The notes under the pieces are model-generated. The model was given only the letters and a program-made list of their open reading frames with translations. It had not been told where the DNA came from and ran no database searches. Position numbers and translations under genes: made by a program. Positions 1-13,500 of a stretch of 64,000 nucleotides of DNA are shown here, one piece after another. The stretch is from Mobula hypostoma (Eukaryota), in the NCBI RefSeq assembly GCF_963921235.1, contig NC_086109.1, positions 6,512,001 to 6,576,000 of the forward strand, read 5' to 3'. Each line of letters begins with the position of its first letter. The stretch's first letter is position 1.

Positions 1-1340
1 TGCGCAGCAGCCTTGAGTGTCCTATGGACTCAAAGCCCAAGATCCTTCTGATCTTCCATGCTGCCAAGAGTCTTACCACTAATACTCTATTCTGTCATCA
101 CATTTGATCTACCAAAATGAACCACCTCACACTTATCTGGGTTGAACACCATCTGCCACTTCTCTGCCCATTTTTGCATCCTATCAATGTCCCGATGTAA
201 CCTCTGACAGCCCCCCACACTATCCACAATACCTCCAACCTTTGTGTCATCAGCAAGTTTACTAACCAGTCCCTCGACTTCCTCATCCAGGTCATTTATA
301 AAAATCACAAAGAGTAAGGGTCCCAGAACTGATCCCTGAGGCACATCACTGGTCACCGAACTTCATGCAGAATATGACCCGTCTACAACCATTCTTTGCC
401 TTCTGTGGGCAAGCCAGTTCTGGATCCACAAAGCAAGGCCCCCTTGGATCCTATCCCTCCTTACTTTCTCAATAAGCCTTGCATGGGTTCCTTGTCAAAT
501 GCTTTGCTGAAATCCAAGTATTTGAAATGGCCACAACATCACAGCTCCAAGTACTGATCCACACTCTAAGCTCATCTGCTTTGTTCGTAATACTCCTTGC
601 ATTAAAATAGACACATCTCAAACCGTTGGTCTGAGTGCGTCCCCTCTCGATCACCTGCCTATCCCCCTTTTCGCACTGTCTCCAAGCTTTCTCTATTTGT
701 GAGCCAACTGCCTCTTCCTCCATCTCTTCAGTTTGGTTCCCACCCCCCAGGAATCCTAGTTTAAACTCTCCCCAACTGCCTTAGCAAACCTCCGTGCCAG
801 GATATGGGTCCCCCTGGGATTCAAGTGCAACCCATCCTTTTTGTACAGGTCATGCCTGCCCCAAAAGACGACCCAATGATCCAGAAATCTGAATCCCTGC
901 CCCTTGCTCCAATCCCTCAGCCACACATTTACTCCACCTCACTCTATTCCTATACTCACTATCGCTTGGCACAGGCAGTAATCCCGAAGTGACTACTTTT
1001 GTGGTCCTGCTTCTCAACTTTCTTCCTAACTCCCTGTAGTCTGCTTTCAGGACCTCCTCCTTTTTCCTGCCTATGTCGTTGGTACCAATATGTACCACAA
1101 CCTCTGGCTGTTCTGCTTTGCACTTCAGGATATCATGGACGTGGTCAGAAACATCCCAGCCCTGGCACCTGGGAGGCAAACTACCATCCGTGCTTCTTTC
1201 CTGCATCCACAGAATTGCCTGTCTGACCCCTTAACTATAGAGTCCCCTATCACTGCTGCCATCCTCTTCCTTTCCCTACCCTTCTGAGCCACAGGGCCAG
1301 ACTCTGTGCCAGAGGCACAGCCACTGTTGCTTCCCACAGG
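1..1340 (-). mobile_element. CR1-clade LINE fragment (ORF1 SGNH esterase, endonuclease N-terminus, RT) with a large internal deletion
   Basis: VIGDSIV and VVHIGTNDIG (esterase), YFNARSITNK...DVVAISNTW (APE start), [12 protein letters not shown]...LADDTK (RT); frameshifted. Confidence 0.9.
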
Positions 1341-1499
1341 TTTGCAATTTGCATTCACGTTTCTGGTTTGTTACAAAAAATATTGAAAGCTATAGGCAGT
1401 GATCTGAGCCTGCAGCTTTAAAATTTAACTAAAAAAACTAATTAGGCAAAATAGCGTAGCAAAAAGTGAACATTGACCAATGCAGCGTGGTTAACCAAA

Positions 1500-1940
1500 C
1501 GTTTCACAGTACCAACTCTAAGATGGGGGTTCTATTCCCGCCACAGTCTGTAAGGAGTTTGTTAGTTCTTCCTGTGAACATTTCTCCAGAATTTTGTGGG
1601 TGTTGCTCTGGATGTTTTGTTATCTCACACGTTCCCAAGATCAGGTCAGTCAGTTGTGGGCATGGTATGTTGGCACCAGGAGCAGGCTGCCCCAGCACTT
1701 CCTCAGACTATGTTGGTCGTTGACGCAAACAACGCATTTCACTGTATCGCAAATGAGAAAGTCTGCAGATGTTGGAAATCAAAGTAATACTCACAAAATG
1801 CTGGAGGAACTCAGCAGGCCAGGCAGCATCTATGGAAAAAAATAAACAGTCGATGTTTCCTGCTGAGGACCTTTATCGGAACTTCATCGTACATTTCACT
1901 GTATGTTTTGATGTACATGTGACAGATAAAGCTAATCTTC
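1500..1940 (+). mobile_element. SINE-like repeat interrupted by a PLE terminal-repeat piece (1748-1891)
   Basis: catttcactgtat is duplicated at 1735-1747 and 1892-1904 around the insert; a related SINE copy lies on the minus strand at about 47130-47250. Confidence 0.6.
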
Positions 1941-2849
1941 ATAATCAACCAATTCCCCAATTCCACCTTGAAATGTGCAATATGTTGTTGGCAAAAAATA
2001 ACATTTGCAGTTGAATTAGCAAAATTCAAAGTTTCTAATCTTTCTTAATGGTTTAATAATTCAATGGTTCAATTTAATATTAAATAATGTATACATTATA
2101 CAACCTGAAATATTTACTCTTTGCCGGCATCCTTGAAACAGAGAAAGAAACTCCCAAAGAATGAATAAGAGAAAAAAGTTGGACCCCCACAGAACCCCTC
2201 CCACGCACAACCGTCCAACCACTTGCTCCAGCAAAAACATCGACCCCCCCACCCCACCACGCAAGCAATGGCAAACCCCCAGAGACCATGATCTAGAGTC
2301 CATCGAGAGAGGTATTGAGAGAGTGCTCCTGCTACAGTGAGAGTAAAGGCCAACAGCTTGCTGTTTCGATGTTACTTAACTGTGGTATTCCAACAAAGCT
2401 AAATTCTATTGTACTTCTTGCTGTAAACCCCTGCAAGAAAATTAATCTTAGGGTAGTATAAAATAACATACACTTTATAGTATTGATAAACATAATTATA
2501 AAATTCATAATATATTTTCTTTAAATTATCACTAAAACCAATCGGGTGGAAGTTTACTGGATGTTGTAAGATTGCACCCCAAGCAATGTCCTTCTTTGAA
2601 GATCACTTTTTCTCCCTTAATTCATCCCTTGCTGCTTTTTGCTTGTCACCATGCACTGGATATTCTAAAGTAGTTTATTACATGAATGGGAGTTAGCTCA
2701 AGAGAGGCAGATACCGAGAAGTCAACGTTTAAGCCACAAGGCATATTGTTTTGTTACGTGCATTTCTACAACAAACGAATGTTTGTCAGTGAGCTGGGAA
2801 TGTTTATATAGAACAAAACAATCATTGAAATACCTATTCCCATTCCAAC

Positions 2850-3325
2850 AGGTTTCTCTACCGCCGCGATGAAGCCACACTCAGGTTGGAGGAGTAACAC
2901 CTTGCATTCCATCTGAGTAGCCTCCAATCTGATGGCATAAACATCAATTTTTCAAACTTCCTTGCACCCCCCTTCTTCACCATGCCTCATTCCCATTTCC
3001 TTTCTCACCATACCTGCCCATTACCTCCCTCTGGTGTTCCTCCCCGTTCCCTTTTTTCCATGACCTTCTGTTAGATTCCTTTCTCCAGCCCTTTATCTGT
3101 TTCACCAATCAACTTCCCAGCTCTTTACGTCACCACTCCCCCTCTCCCAGTTTCACTTATCACCTACCACTTTGTACTATTCCCTCCCCTCCCCTCACCA
3201 CCTCACTCTGACCTTTCATCTTTTTTCCCCAGTCTCAATTAAAGGTCTTGGCTCGAAATGTCCACTGTTTACTCTTTTCTATTGATAGCCTGCTGAGTTT
3301 CTCCAGCATTTTGTGTGTGTTGATT
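2850..3325 (+). mobile_element. Penelope-like element 3' fragment (end of GIY-YIG ORF + terminal repeat)
   Basis: gatgaagccacactcaggttggaggag...cctccaatctgatggcat matches the ORF end at about 49145-49240; degraded terminal repeat follows. Confidence 0.8.
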
Positions 3326-3393
3326 GGAATATAGATGCTGGTAATCTAAATTGGTTTCATTATACAAATGAGATTATTTTTGCATTGGGAAAA

Positions 3394-4406
3394 CAGTGGA
3401 TTCCAGTTAATTGGGACACATCAGGATCAGTACACTTTGGCCCAATTAGGCAGCAGTCCCAATTATTTGAAGTTTCATGAAAATAGTTAAAAAGGTATAA
3501 AGGAGGCAGACTGTGTAACTGAGTAATAAATAATATATTTCAATGAAATACAGAACGACTTAGAACACTACCAGTACTACAACAGTATAAAACTGTAGTA
3601 GTCTAATAGTTATCGCCGGAGGAAGTCATCCAGTGTATGGTCTGTGTTCTTTTGATTGATTGTAAGTGAACAACATTAGCACAGACACCTTGTGCGGATA
3701 ATGTCTTCCTATATTGCTTTTGATGATTGCATCCTCTTAATCAGGGTTTCCCAACCTGGGGTCCATGGACCCCTCAATTAATGGTTGGGGTCCATGGCAA
3801 ATAAAGGTTGGGATCCCCTGACCTAAATCTTCATTTTCATTGTAACATTGACGATGATTGTTGATACCTTCAAATTCTTTGCAGCTTCTAACTTGTTGAA
3901 GTATTATACACTGGATGAATTCCTCCGGCAATAATTATTAGGACCAGTTCAGTTTTATAGTACTGTAATAGCATTGGTACTGTTCTAAGTTTATTTAAGT
4001 ATATAATTTGTTTCGTTTTCATTCCCAATCCCAGCTATTTCTGCACCTCCAAGCCTGAATACTTGAAACCACAGTGAGCAAAACAGTTCTGAAATGTCTT
4101 ACTGCTCATTTCTTGCCAGTTATCAGTGACAAAAATCACTGCTGTTTGAACACAAACACACACAACTGACGCTATTTAAAAACTGATTGCTCTAAGAGCA
4201 GTGTAGTGTCTTAACGGCCACACAAGTTCACACGACTGAGGCTAGTTAGAAACTGTTAGGTAACAGTCTCTTGTTCCAATTAAGCAGCATAGTTTCCCAA
4301 GTAAGCAAAGGAATCCTGGCTATTTTCTCAATGAGTTTTTCTGTAAGAGTTGTCCCAAATAACGGGTTGCCTGGTTAACTGATGCCCAATGAACCAGAAT
4401 CCACTG
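3394..4406. mobile_element. Non-autonomous DNA transposon (Tc1/pogo-like TIRs), about 1 kb, with a small hAT-like MITE nested at about 3742-3820
   Basis: Left end cagtggattccagttaattggg; right end cccaatgaaccagaatccactg (reverse complement cagtggattctggttcattggg). The short caggg...ccctg element recurs at about 4883-4960 and 27858-27935. Confidence 0.7.
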
Positions 4407-4478
4407 TGTACTCATGACACATTGATTTGTCTAATCCTGTTTTTCTTTTGACTGCTGTTTTATTCAATAATATTCCAG

Positions 4479-4552
4479 AATGAGTTGTGGTTTTCCCCTG
4501 ATTTTGGTGAAATATGGAGAAAAATACATGACTTTGTATGCCTTGTGAAGTG
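4479..4552 (+). CDS. SORT1: SORT1 exon (exon 6, counting back from the 20-exon human structure)
   Basis: tattccag|AATGAGTTGTGG...AAGTG|gtaagt; [25 protein letters not shown], an Asp-box-like repeat. Confidence 0.92.
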
Positions 4553-7500
4553 GTAAGTAAAATTTGGTTAATGGTTACCTCAGTGGCAGTTTATTTTAAC
4601 ATTTGCAATAACTAATTAGACTTGAACTTTTTGTTTAATATGGCACCATTTCCAAGTCTAGAGTGGTCCAAGCTCTCCGTTAAAAGTGAGGTGGGAAGTT
4701 GGCTAGTGTGGTTGGAGAATGTGGAGGGTTTGTAAGACAAGTAAACTTCAGTGTGATTTGAAGTGTACCCGCTATAGTCACCTCTGGTTTATGAAGGCAA
4801 CTCCAAAGAGTTTATTAATGACCTTATTTCAGGGCTGCCTTGCAAGAGACAACTATAATAGAATGGATGTGAAGCTACGGAGCAGAGGTTCCCAGCCTTT
4901 TTTATACCATGGATCAATACCATTAAGCAAGGAGTCCGTAGACTCCAGGTTGGGAGCCCTTACTAGCAGCTCAATGTTCTGGGGTTTTATTGTTGTAGAC
5001 GTGACAGAGCAGGAGGGATTAAAGGGGGAGGGATGACATTACCAGTCAGGGAGGATTTCATAGCAGTGCTCAACCAGACTGCAGAGCTTGTCCAGTGAGG
5101 CTTTATGGGTAGAACTGAGGAATAAGAAAGGTATGACCACATTGGTGGGACTATTTTAAAACCCACCCAACACTCTGCAGAATTTACAGGTGCAAATTTG
5201 TAGAGAGATTGCAGATTGCTGCAAGGAACATTAGGTTGTGATGGTAATACACGCACAGTGCTGGAGGAACTCAGCAGGCCAGACAGCATCTTTGGAAAGG
5301 AGTAAACAGACGACGTTTTAGGCTGAGACCCTTCATCAGAACTGGGAAAAAAAGATGAGTCAGAGTAAGAAAGTTGGGGGAGGGAGGAAAAACCACAAGG
5401 TAATGGGTGAAACCGGGAGGGGAGGAGGGGTGAAGTAAAGAGCTGGGAAGTTGATTAGTGAAAGAGATACAGGGTTGGGGAAGGAGGAATCTGATAGGAG
5501 AAGAAGAAAGATAATGTGGAGGAGCACCAGAGAGAGGTGATAGGCAGGTAAGGAGATAAGGTGAGAGAGGGGAATGGTGAAGGAGAGGGTGGGGGGGCAT
5601 TAGCAGAAGTTTGAGGAATCTATGTTCTTGCTATCAGGTTGGAGGCTACCCAGACGGAATATAAGGTGTTGCTCCTGTAGTCTGAGTGTGGCCTCATTGC
5701 AACAGTAGAGGAAACTGACATGTCGGAATGGGAAGTGGAATTAAAATGGGTGGACCCTGGGAGATCCCGCTTTTTCTGGTGGACAGAGCGTAGGACATAC
5801 AGATTTCAAAGGGGAATGTGTTTGCAGTTTTGAGACAAATTAGGGTGGATAGATCCCCGGGGTCTGGTGGGTTGTTCCTTCGGACCCTGTGGGATGCTAG
5901 TGCAAAATTGCAGGAGCCCGAGCAGAGATGTGTAGAACATCCTTAGTCACTGGTGAGATACCGGAGGGCTGGAGGACAACCAATGTTGTTTTGAACTTTA
6001 AAAAAGGCTCCAAGGATAAGGCAGGAAATTGTATGTCGGTGAGTATGATATGAGTAATGAGATAGTTATTGAAAGATATCCTGAAGGAATGAATATATAT
6101 TTGGGTAGTTAGTGAGTAATTAGGAATAGTCAACATAGCTTTGTGTGTGGTAAGTCGTGTCTAACCAAGAAAGTTGAAGGCAAGGCCTTTGACGAGATCC
6201 CACATGCAAAATTGGTCAAGAAGGTTCAGTCATTTGGCATTCATGAGGTAGTAAATTGGATTAGACATTGGCATCACAGAAGAAGCCAAAGAGTGGTAGT
6301 AGATGGTTGTCTCTCTGACTGGAGGCCTGTGACAAGTGGTGTGCCTCAGGGATTGGTGCTGGGTCTGTTGTTGTTTGTCATCCATGTCAGCAATCTGGAT
6401 GATAATGTGGTAAAATGGAGCAGAAAATTTATACATGAACCGAGATTGGGGGTGTAGAGGACAGCGAGGAAGTCTATCATAGCTTGCAGCGGGATCTGAA
6501 CCAGTTAGAAAAATGGGCTGAAAATTGGCAGAAGGGATTTAATGCAGACTGGTGTGAGGTATTTCACTTTGGGAAGCCCAACCAGGGTAGGTCTTACATG
6601 GTAAGAGGTAGGGCACCGAGAAGTGCGGAAGGACAGAGGGAACTGGGACTATAGATCAATAATTCCTTGAAAGTGGCATCACAGATGGAAAGGGTTGTAA
6701 AGAAAGCTTTTGGCACATTGGCCTTCATAACTCGATGTATTGAGTACAGGAGTTGAGATTTTATGTTCAAATTGTACAAAGCATTGGTGAGGCCTAATTT
6801 GGTGTATTGTGTACAGTTTTAGTCACCCAGGTACAGGAAAGGTGGGAACAAAATTGAAAGAGTGCAGAGAAAACTTACAAGGATGTTGCCAGGTCTCGAG
6901 GACCTGAGTTATAGGGAAAGGTTAAGTAGATTAGGACTTCATTCCCTAGAACGTAGAAGGTTTATTCCCTAGAACATAGGGAGATTTGCTGGAGGTAGAC
7001 AGCATTATGAGGGGTAGAGACAGAGTAAATACAAGCAGGCTTTTTCCACTGAGGTTGTTTGGGACAACAATCAGAGGTTATGGGTTAAGGGTAATGGGTG
7101 AGAAGTTTAAGAAGAACATGAGGGAAACAACTTTACTCAGGGTGGTGAGTGTGGACCGAGCTGCCAGTGCAAGTGGTGAATGTGGGTATTAAACATTTCA
7201 GAGAAATTTGGATAAGGTACGTGGATGGGAAGGGTATGGAGGGCTATGGTCAGGGTGCTGGTTGATGGGATTAAGATTTATGGTTTGGCGCAGACTAGAT
7301 AGCCAAAGGGTCTGTTTCTGTGTTGTCATTTTCTGTGACTTTATGACTAACAGCTGTTTCTGAGATGCTTGTGGCACCAACAGTCATTGAACAGTCAAAG
7401 TCACTTCGATCACATTCCTTCCCCAATTTGATTTTTCATCTGAACAACAACTGAATCTCTTGATCATGTCCGCATGCTTTTATGCATTGACTTGTTGCTA

Positions 7501-10500
7501 CATGATTGGCTGAATAGATATTTGCATTAACAAGGAGGTTAACTTAATAAAGTGGCTCATGTTATTCCATTGTTTAAAAAAGGATTGAAAAGTAATCCGG
7601 GAAATTATAGGCCAGTAAGTTTAACGTCGGTAGTAGGTAAGTTATTGGAGGGAGTACTAAGAGACAGAATCTACAAGCATTTGGATAGACTGGGACTTAT
7701 TAGGGAGAGTCAACATGGCTTTGTGCATTGTAGGTCATGTTTGACCAATCTATTGGAGTTTTTCGAGGAGGTTACCAGGAAAGTGGATGAAGGGAAGGCA
7801 GTGGATATTGTCTACATGGACTTCAGTAAGGCCTTTGACAAGGTCCCGCATGGGAGGTTAGTTAGGAAAATTCAGTCGCTAGGTATACATGGAGAGGTGG
7901 TAAATTGGATTAGACATTGGCTCGATGGAAGAAGCCAGAGAGTGGTGGTAGAGAATTGCTTCTCTGAGTGGAGGCCTGTGACTAGTGGTGTGCCACAGGG
8001 ATCAGTGCTGGGTCCATTGTTATTTGTCATCTATATCAATGATCTGGATGATAATGTGGTAAATTGGATCAGCAAGTTTGCTGATGATACAAAGATTGGA
8101 GGTGTAGTAGACAATGAGGAAGGTTTTCAGAGCCTGCAGAGGGACTTGGACCAGCTGGAAAAATGGGCTAAAAAATGGCAGATGGAGTTTAATACTGACA
8201 AGTGTGAGGTATTACATGTTGGAAGGACGAACCAATGTAGAACATACAGGGTTAATGGTAAGGCACTGAGGAGTGCAGTGGAACAGAGGGATCTGGGAAT
8301 ACAGATACAAAATTCCCTAAAAGTGTCATCACAGGCAGATAGGGTCGTAAAGAGAGCTTTTGGTACATTGGCCTTTATTAATCAAAGTATTGAGTATAAG
8401 AGCTGGAATGTTATGATGAGGTTGTATAAGGCATTGGTGAGGCCGAATATGGAGTATTGTGTTCAGTTTTGGTCACCAAGTTACAGGAAGGATATAAATA
8501 AGGTTGAAAGAGTGCAGAGAAGGTTTACAAGGATGTTGCCGGGACTTGAGAAACTCAGTTACAGAGAAAGGTTGAATAGGTTGGGACTTTATTCCCTGGA
8601 GCGTAGATGAATGAGGGGAGATTTGGTAGAGGTATATAAAATTATGATGGGTATAGATAGAGTGAATACAAGCAGGCTTTTTCCACTGAGGCAAGGGGAG
8701 AAAAAAACCAGAGGACATGGGTTTAGGGTGAGGGGGGAAAGTTTAAAGGGAACATTGGGGGGGCTTCTTCACACAGAGAGTGGTGGGAGTATGGAATGAG
8801 CTGCCAGACGAGGTGGTAAATGCGGGTTCTTTTTTAACATTTAAGAATAAATTGGACAGATACATGGATGGGAGGTGTATGGAGGGATATGGTCCGTGTG
8901 CAGGTCAGTGGGACTAGGCAAAAAATGGTTCGGCACAGCCAAGAAGGGCCAAAAGGCCTGTTTCTGTGCTGTAGTTTCTATGGTTTCTATGGAATGTTTT
9001 TTGGGACATTTGTGACTGACTGTGTAATTTATGAAGCATAGTATTGTTTTATAGTCCTTGACCGATCAGTAAATACAATATCATCTTTGTGGTTATTGTG
9101 TTATCTAGACGCTTTTATTACTAAACAGTGTTAACAAAAAAAAATTATTAGTGTCCAGAGATGGTAGCATGTTCTCTCATATATCTGATTCAGTGTATAT
9201 GAAGAACTGAAATGTCTCCCACTCATCAGATACATTGCCATGAATTAGTTCATGTTTAAAACTCCAGGGTTTTGCTAGTGGTGTTTAATTTGCAAATCTA
9301 ACTCGTACATCTGTTTTTTAGTTCCTGTCTATAATTCATGCATTATCATCATTTGTTTCTCTTTCTTTTTGTCCTCAGGGGGCCAAAAAATAGAGTTTTC
9401 TTCACTACCCACCTGAATGGATCTTGCAGTAAGTTGCCTCTCCGAAGCACTTAAATCCCACATCCCAATACCTCATGACAAGCTCTCCGAAATGTTTTTT
9501 GTCTTGGTTCATAATTCAAAGTGTAACGTTGATATACAGGTCTCTTGTACTTCTCTGCTTCCATTTGTGTGCTTTTAAGGGTATGGTTCTTATGTTGGCA
9601 TCACATTTACTACTGAAAGAATTATATAGAATATAAAACGGTATTGCATAAGATTTTGCAAATAAAGCTGCTCTGGCAGGTTTTGTGCGCATAACGAAAG
9701 TTGCCGCCCTTTTCCTTCATTATGAACAAACCAAAATCAGTCGGTCACCTTGTATTGATGACACTACGTCAGAAACCATCTCCTAAAGTGAACACAACAA
9801 CTCAATGACAGTGTTTCTGAATTATGTAGAACATTTTCTATTCTGAACAATACGTGTCACCCGTCACCCATTACATACCTGCACAGGAACAGGCCCTTCA
9901 GCCTATGCTGAACATGGTTCTAATTTAAACTCCATATCCGCTTGCAATGGATCTATGTCCCTCTATTCCATGTTCTTGTGCCTGTCTAAATGGCCCTTAA
10001 ACATTGCTGTTGCTTCCACCATCTCCACTGGCAGCCTGTTCCAGGCTCCAAACACTTCTGTGTACTTCAAATCAAAAGGAAATAAAAACTCACATCGCAC
10101 ATCTCCTTTAAATTTTCCCCATCCCTTTAACACTAAAAGCAAATTGTTGTCGTGTGAACAAAATCACCGGAGAGACTTGGCTGACCAAATGAGGCACAGC
10201 AGGCATCATATTGAGACCCTTTCAGAGGAAGAGATCTGCTTGACCCAACACTACATCACATTCTATATGCTAAAGATCAGAGGACAATTCCATATTTACA
10301 ATGCATCCACAATGCTTCCTTTGAATTACACACAGCACCCTCTTTGCACCCACACTACAGACACTCTAATGAATTTTAGCTGTGATTCATGGCCCTTAGG
10401 AACCCATTGTTTAGAGTTGCATTTTAAATTTAACCTACAGTCCATATTCAGATTTGAAGATTGGTGGCTGAAGTTAGTTGCTGAAGTACTAACCCCAGAA

Positions 10501-13500
10501 ACACCGTAACACAAATATTTAAAGTGCAGCCACTGTAAGGACGCAACAAAAAATTTGTTCAAAGCAAGCTCCCTCGTTATCACGTTGTGTGACAATAACC
10601 CGATCTTTAGCGATCCGTCACAAGTAGTTCTGCTAACAGTTCAGCATTAGCAAAAGTGCACCCACACCATTCTCCTTGTTCAGGGAGAAAGAGGAAGTTG
10701 AAAGGCGGGACAGTTGTGTAGTCCTGTAACTGGTTTGAGTGAATCTGCTGAGTAAACCATTTTCAAAGTTTTTTTGTGGCTGACAAAATGGTGTGAGTTA
10801 GCAGAAATGCAAACAAGCTATTATTGCTCAAGTTTTGCTTCTGTAGTTACAGAAGAGTGAGTCTCCTTTGGTCAGTTGTGTTGGTTGAGTTACCAGTACA
10901 ATATTCTGAGTGCCTTTTCAAGGGAACTTAAATGTTTAATTACTTTTAAAAATACTTTTGGGCAAGGAAGGAAACCTAGAATTCGATATAACACCTTACA
11001 GTTAGGGAAGGAAGGAGGAGGTATGGTTCTTCCTTGCCTGAGAAATTATTTTTATGCCTCACAGATAACCCCCTCAGTTATATTGGTGTAATAGGGAATA
11101 TAAGGCTAGAGGGAAGGAAATAGAATTTGGATTAGTTGACAGTTTTCCTCTTCAGGCCTCAATAGCTGACAAAGGATTGATGGCCCAGTTGGAAAAATTT
11201 AATAATGCTTGGATAAATCTTACATTAAAAGTATGGCAGAAGGTGGTTAATTCATGTGGAATTAATAACATGTTAAAACTCTTTAGATGGTGTGCATATG
11301 ATACCGAATTCCTTCCCAACAGAGGAGATAAAAGATTTGAGCTATGGATAAAGAAAGGTCTTACAACCTACCTCTCATTTATAGATAAAAGGGTATTACA
11401 AAGTTTCCAAATCCTGCAGGACAAACATGGCCTAGAACATAATGACTTTTTTAGGTACCTTCAAATACGAAACTATGTTAATCAGAGTTGTAGATATACA
11501 GACCTATCAACAGTAGAATTAGAATTTTTCAAGATTCTGAATTCGGCTTGCAGTTCAATACCTAGTAAATCAGTTTCTCGCCTATATAATGCACTCTCCC
11601 ATGCTAAAAATGTAAATACACTGTATATTAAAGAGAAGTGGGAGAAAGAAGCGGGGTTGGTACTTTCAGAGGAGGCTTGGGGGAAAATCTGCAGCTTTCA
11701 ATGGTCCTCGACTAATTCTTTGACTTGGAGAGAACATTGTTGGAAAAACATTATAAGATACTTCAAGACCCCATATCAGGAAAAATATAAAGATACAAAT
11801 GTGATGTGTTGGAGAAGGTGCGGCTCCAAGGAGGCAAATCATTTTCATATTTTCTGGGATTGCCCTAAATTAAGTCTATTTTGGGAAGGTATTCATAGAA
11901 CATTAGTTAAGGTACTTAGGTCCCAGATACCTCTGAACTTTGAGACGCTCTATTTGGGGCATGTATTGTTCCTTGAACAGAAGGAAGATATAAAGTTGCT
12001 GCAGGCCCTCTTAGCGGCAAGTAAGAAATCAATCACTAGAAAATGGCTAAATCCAATACCACCTACATTAGAAGATTGGTACGAAATTATCTTGGAACTA
12101 TTTAAAATGGAAAAGTTGACTTACTCCCTGAGAACTCAAAAAGAAACATTTTATCAAATCTGGAATAAATGGATTGAATATATAACCCCAATGCGAGCAG
12201 ACTTTAGATGACTCTCCTAATGATTTATATTGCTCTTCTCATCAACACAGTAATATTGCTAACGTAAGCACCCCTAGTCTAAATGTTTGTTTTTTTTTGG
12301 AAAATAGAGAATTAACACAAGTAAAGGGAAAGATTTGGGAAAGGGATAAAAAAAAAATGAAAAAATTAAGTAAATAAGTACATAGGGATTGGATAATTAT
12401 GTCTGCGGGCAGGAACAAGCACGAACAAATTGGGATATAAACACCTACAATGGTTGGTATATAGGCTTGTATGCAACATTTTGGACCAGTGGAAATGGTC
12501 CAGAAGGGTTGTATGGAAACTATTATTACCATTTTTCTTAACAACTAATTTCATTACTTAGCCTAATAGATTAGATTTACCACAGTACATAATTATCTAT
12601 TTAAATGTTTATTTTCCTTTTATATCATCTCAATGTGTACTTAAGAATGTATAAATAATTGTAGTTTTATACATATAAAAAAATGGAAAAGGTTATATGT
12701 GTGAAAAAAGTACATGATAATTGTGAATTCCTTATCCAAATAAAAAAAATACTTTTGTAAAATAGTCAACTTTTTTCTATATATTCAGTTTTACTTCATG
12801 TAAGTCTCTTGCTAGTATTCATGAATTCAGTCTTTTTAACTGTGTAAAACTCTTGCCTAGAATTGATTCGATCCTCCATTAAGGAGCAAACTTGTTGGTA
12901 CCAGAATCTGTGTATCCATCAGTAATAACTGCATATATTTATTTTCTTTTACCGTGCTTTTTGTGCACGCTGATTTTGCAACACCCGTTTTTGGTTGTTT
13001 CCCTATTTTAGTGAAACATTGAACATAAATCACAGTAAACTCTCCAGTATTGTTCTTTACAGATTGCAGATCAAATCATCACGGATTTTGTTTCAATCAG
13101 GCGGCCAGATTTTTGAGTTTATAATACAAAGCATTTGTTTTTCGTAGTCCAAATGTATTGGAGCTTATTTGTATGTGTTAACTGCTATGCAAAATGTTGA
13201 TTTAAATATTCTAGTAAATGTTAAACAAGATACCTGTTAGTAATGTGTTTCGCAACCCATGAACTTTTGTTTTTGTAGCTGCAAAGGGTTTGTTGGAGCT
13301 CAAACGAACAGATGATTTTGGAAATACTTTCAAAACTATTGCGTCAAAAGTTTACTCATTTGGACTAGGGGGCAGTTTCCTCTTTGCTTCAGTTATGACA
13401 GACAAGGTAAAGATTTTTTTTTAGAAATACTCAAATTTTTTACACAACTTGAATTTCTCTTAGTCATACAGACATAAAGCACCGCAGCACAGAAACAGGA

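Noticed and set aside
9955..10509. 184-aa intronic ORF
   Set aside because: Starts in an antisense CR1 tail; no recognisable domain; not needed for the SORT1 frame
13062..13130. Extra SORT1 exon after ttctttacag
   Set aside because: No sortilin similarity, and exons 7 and 8 already join in frame
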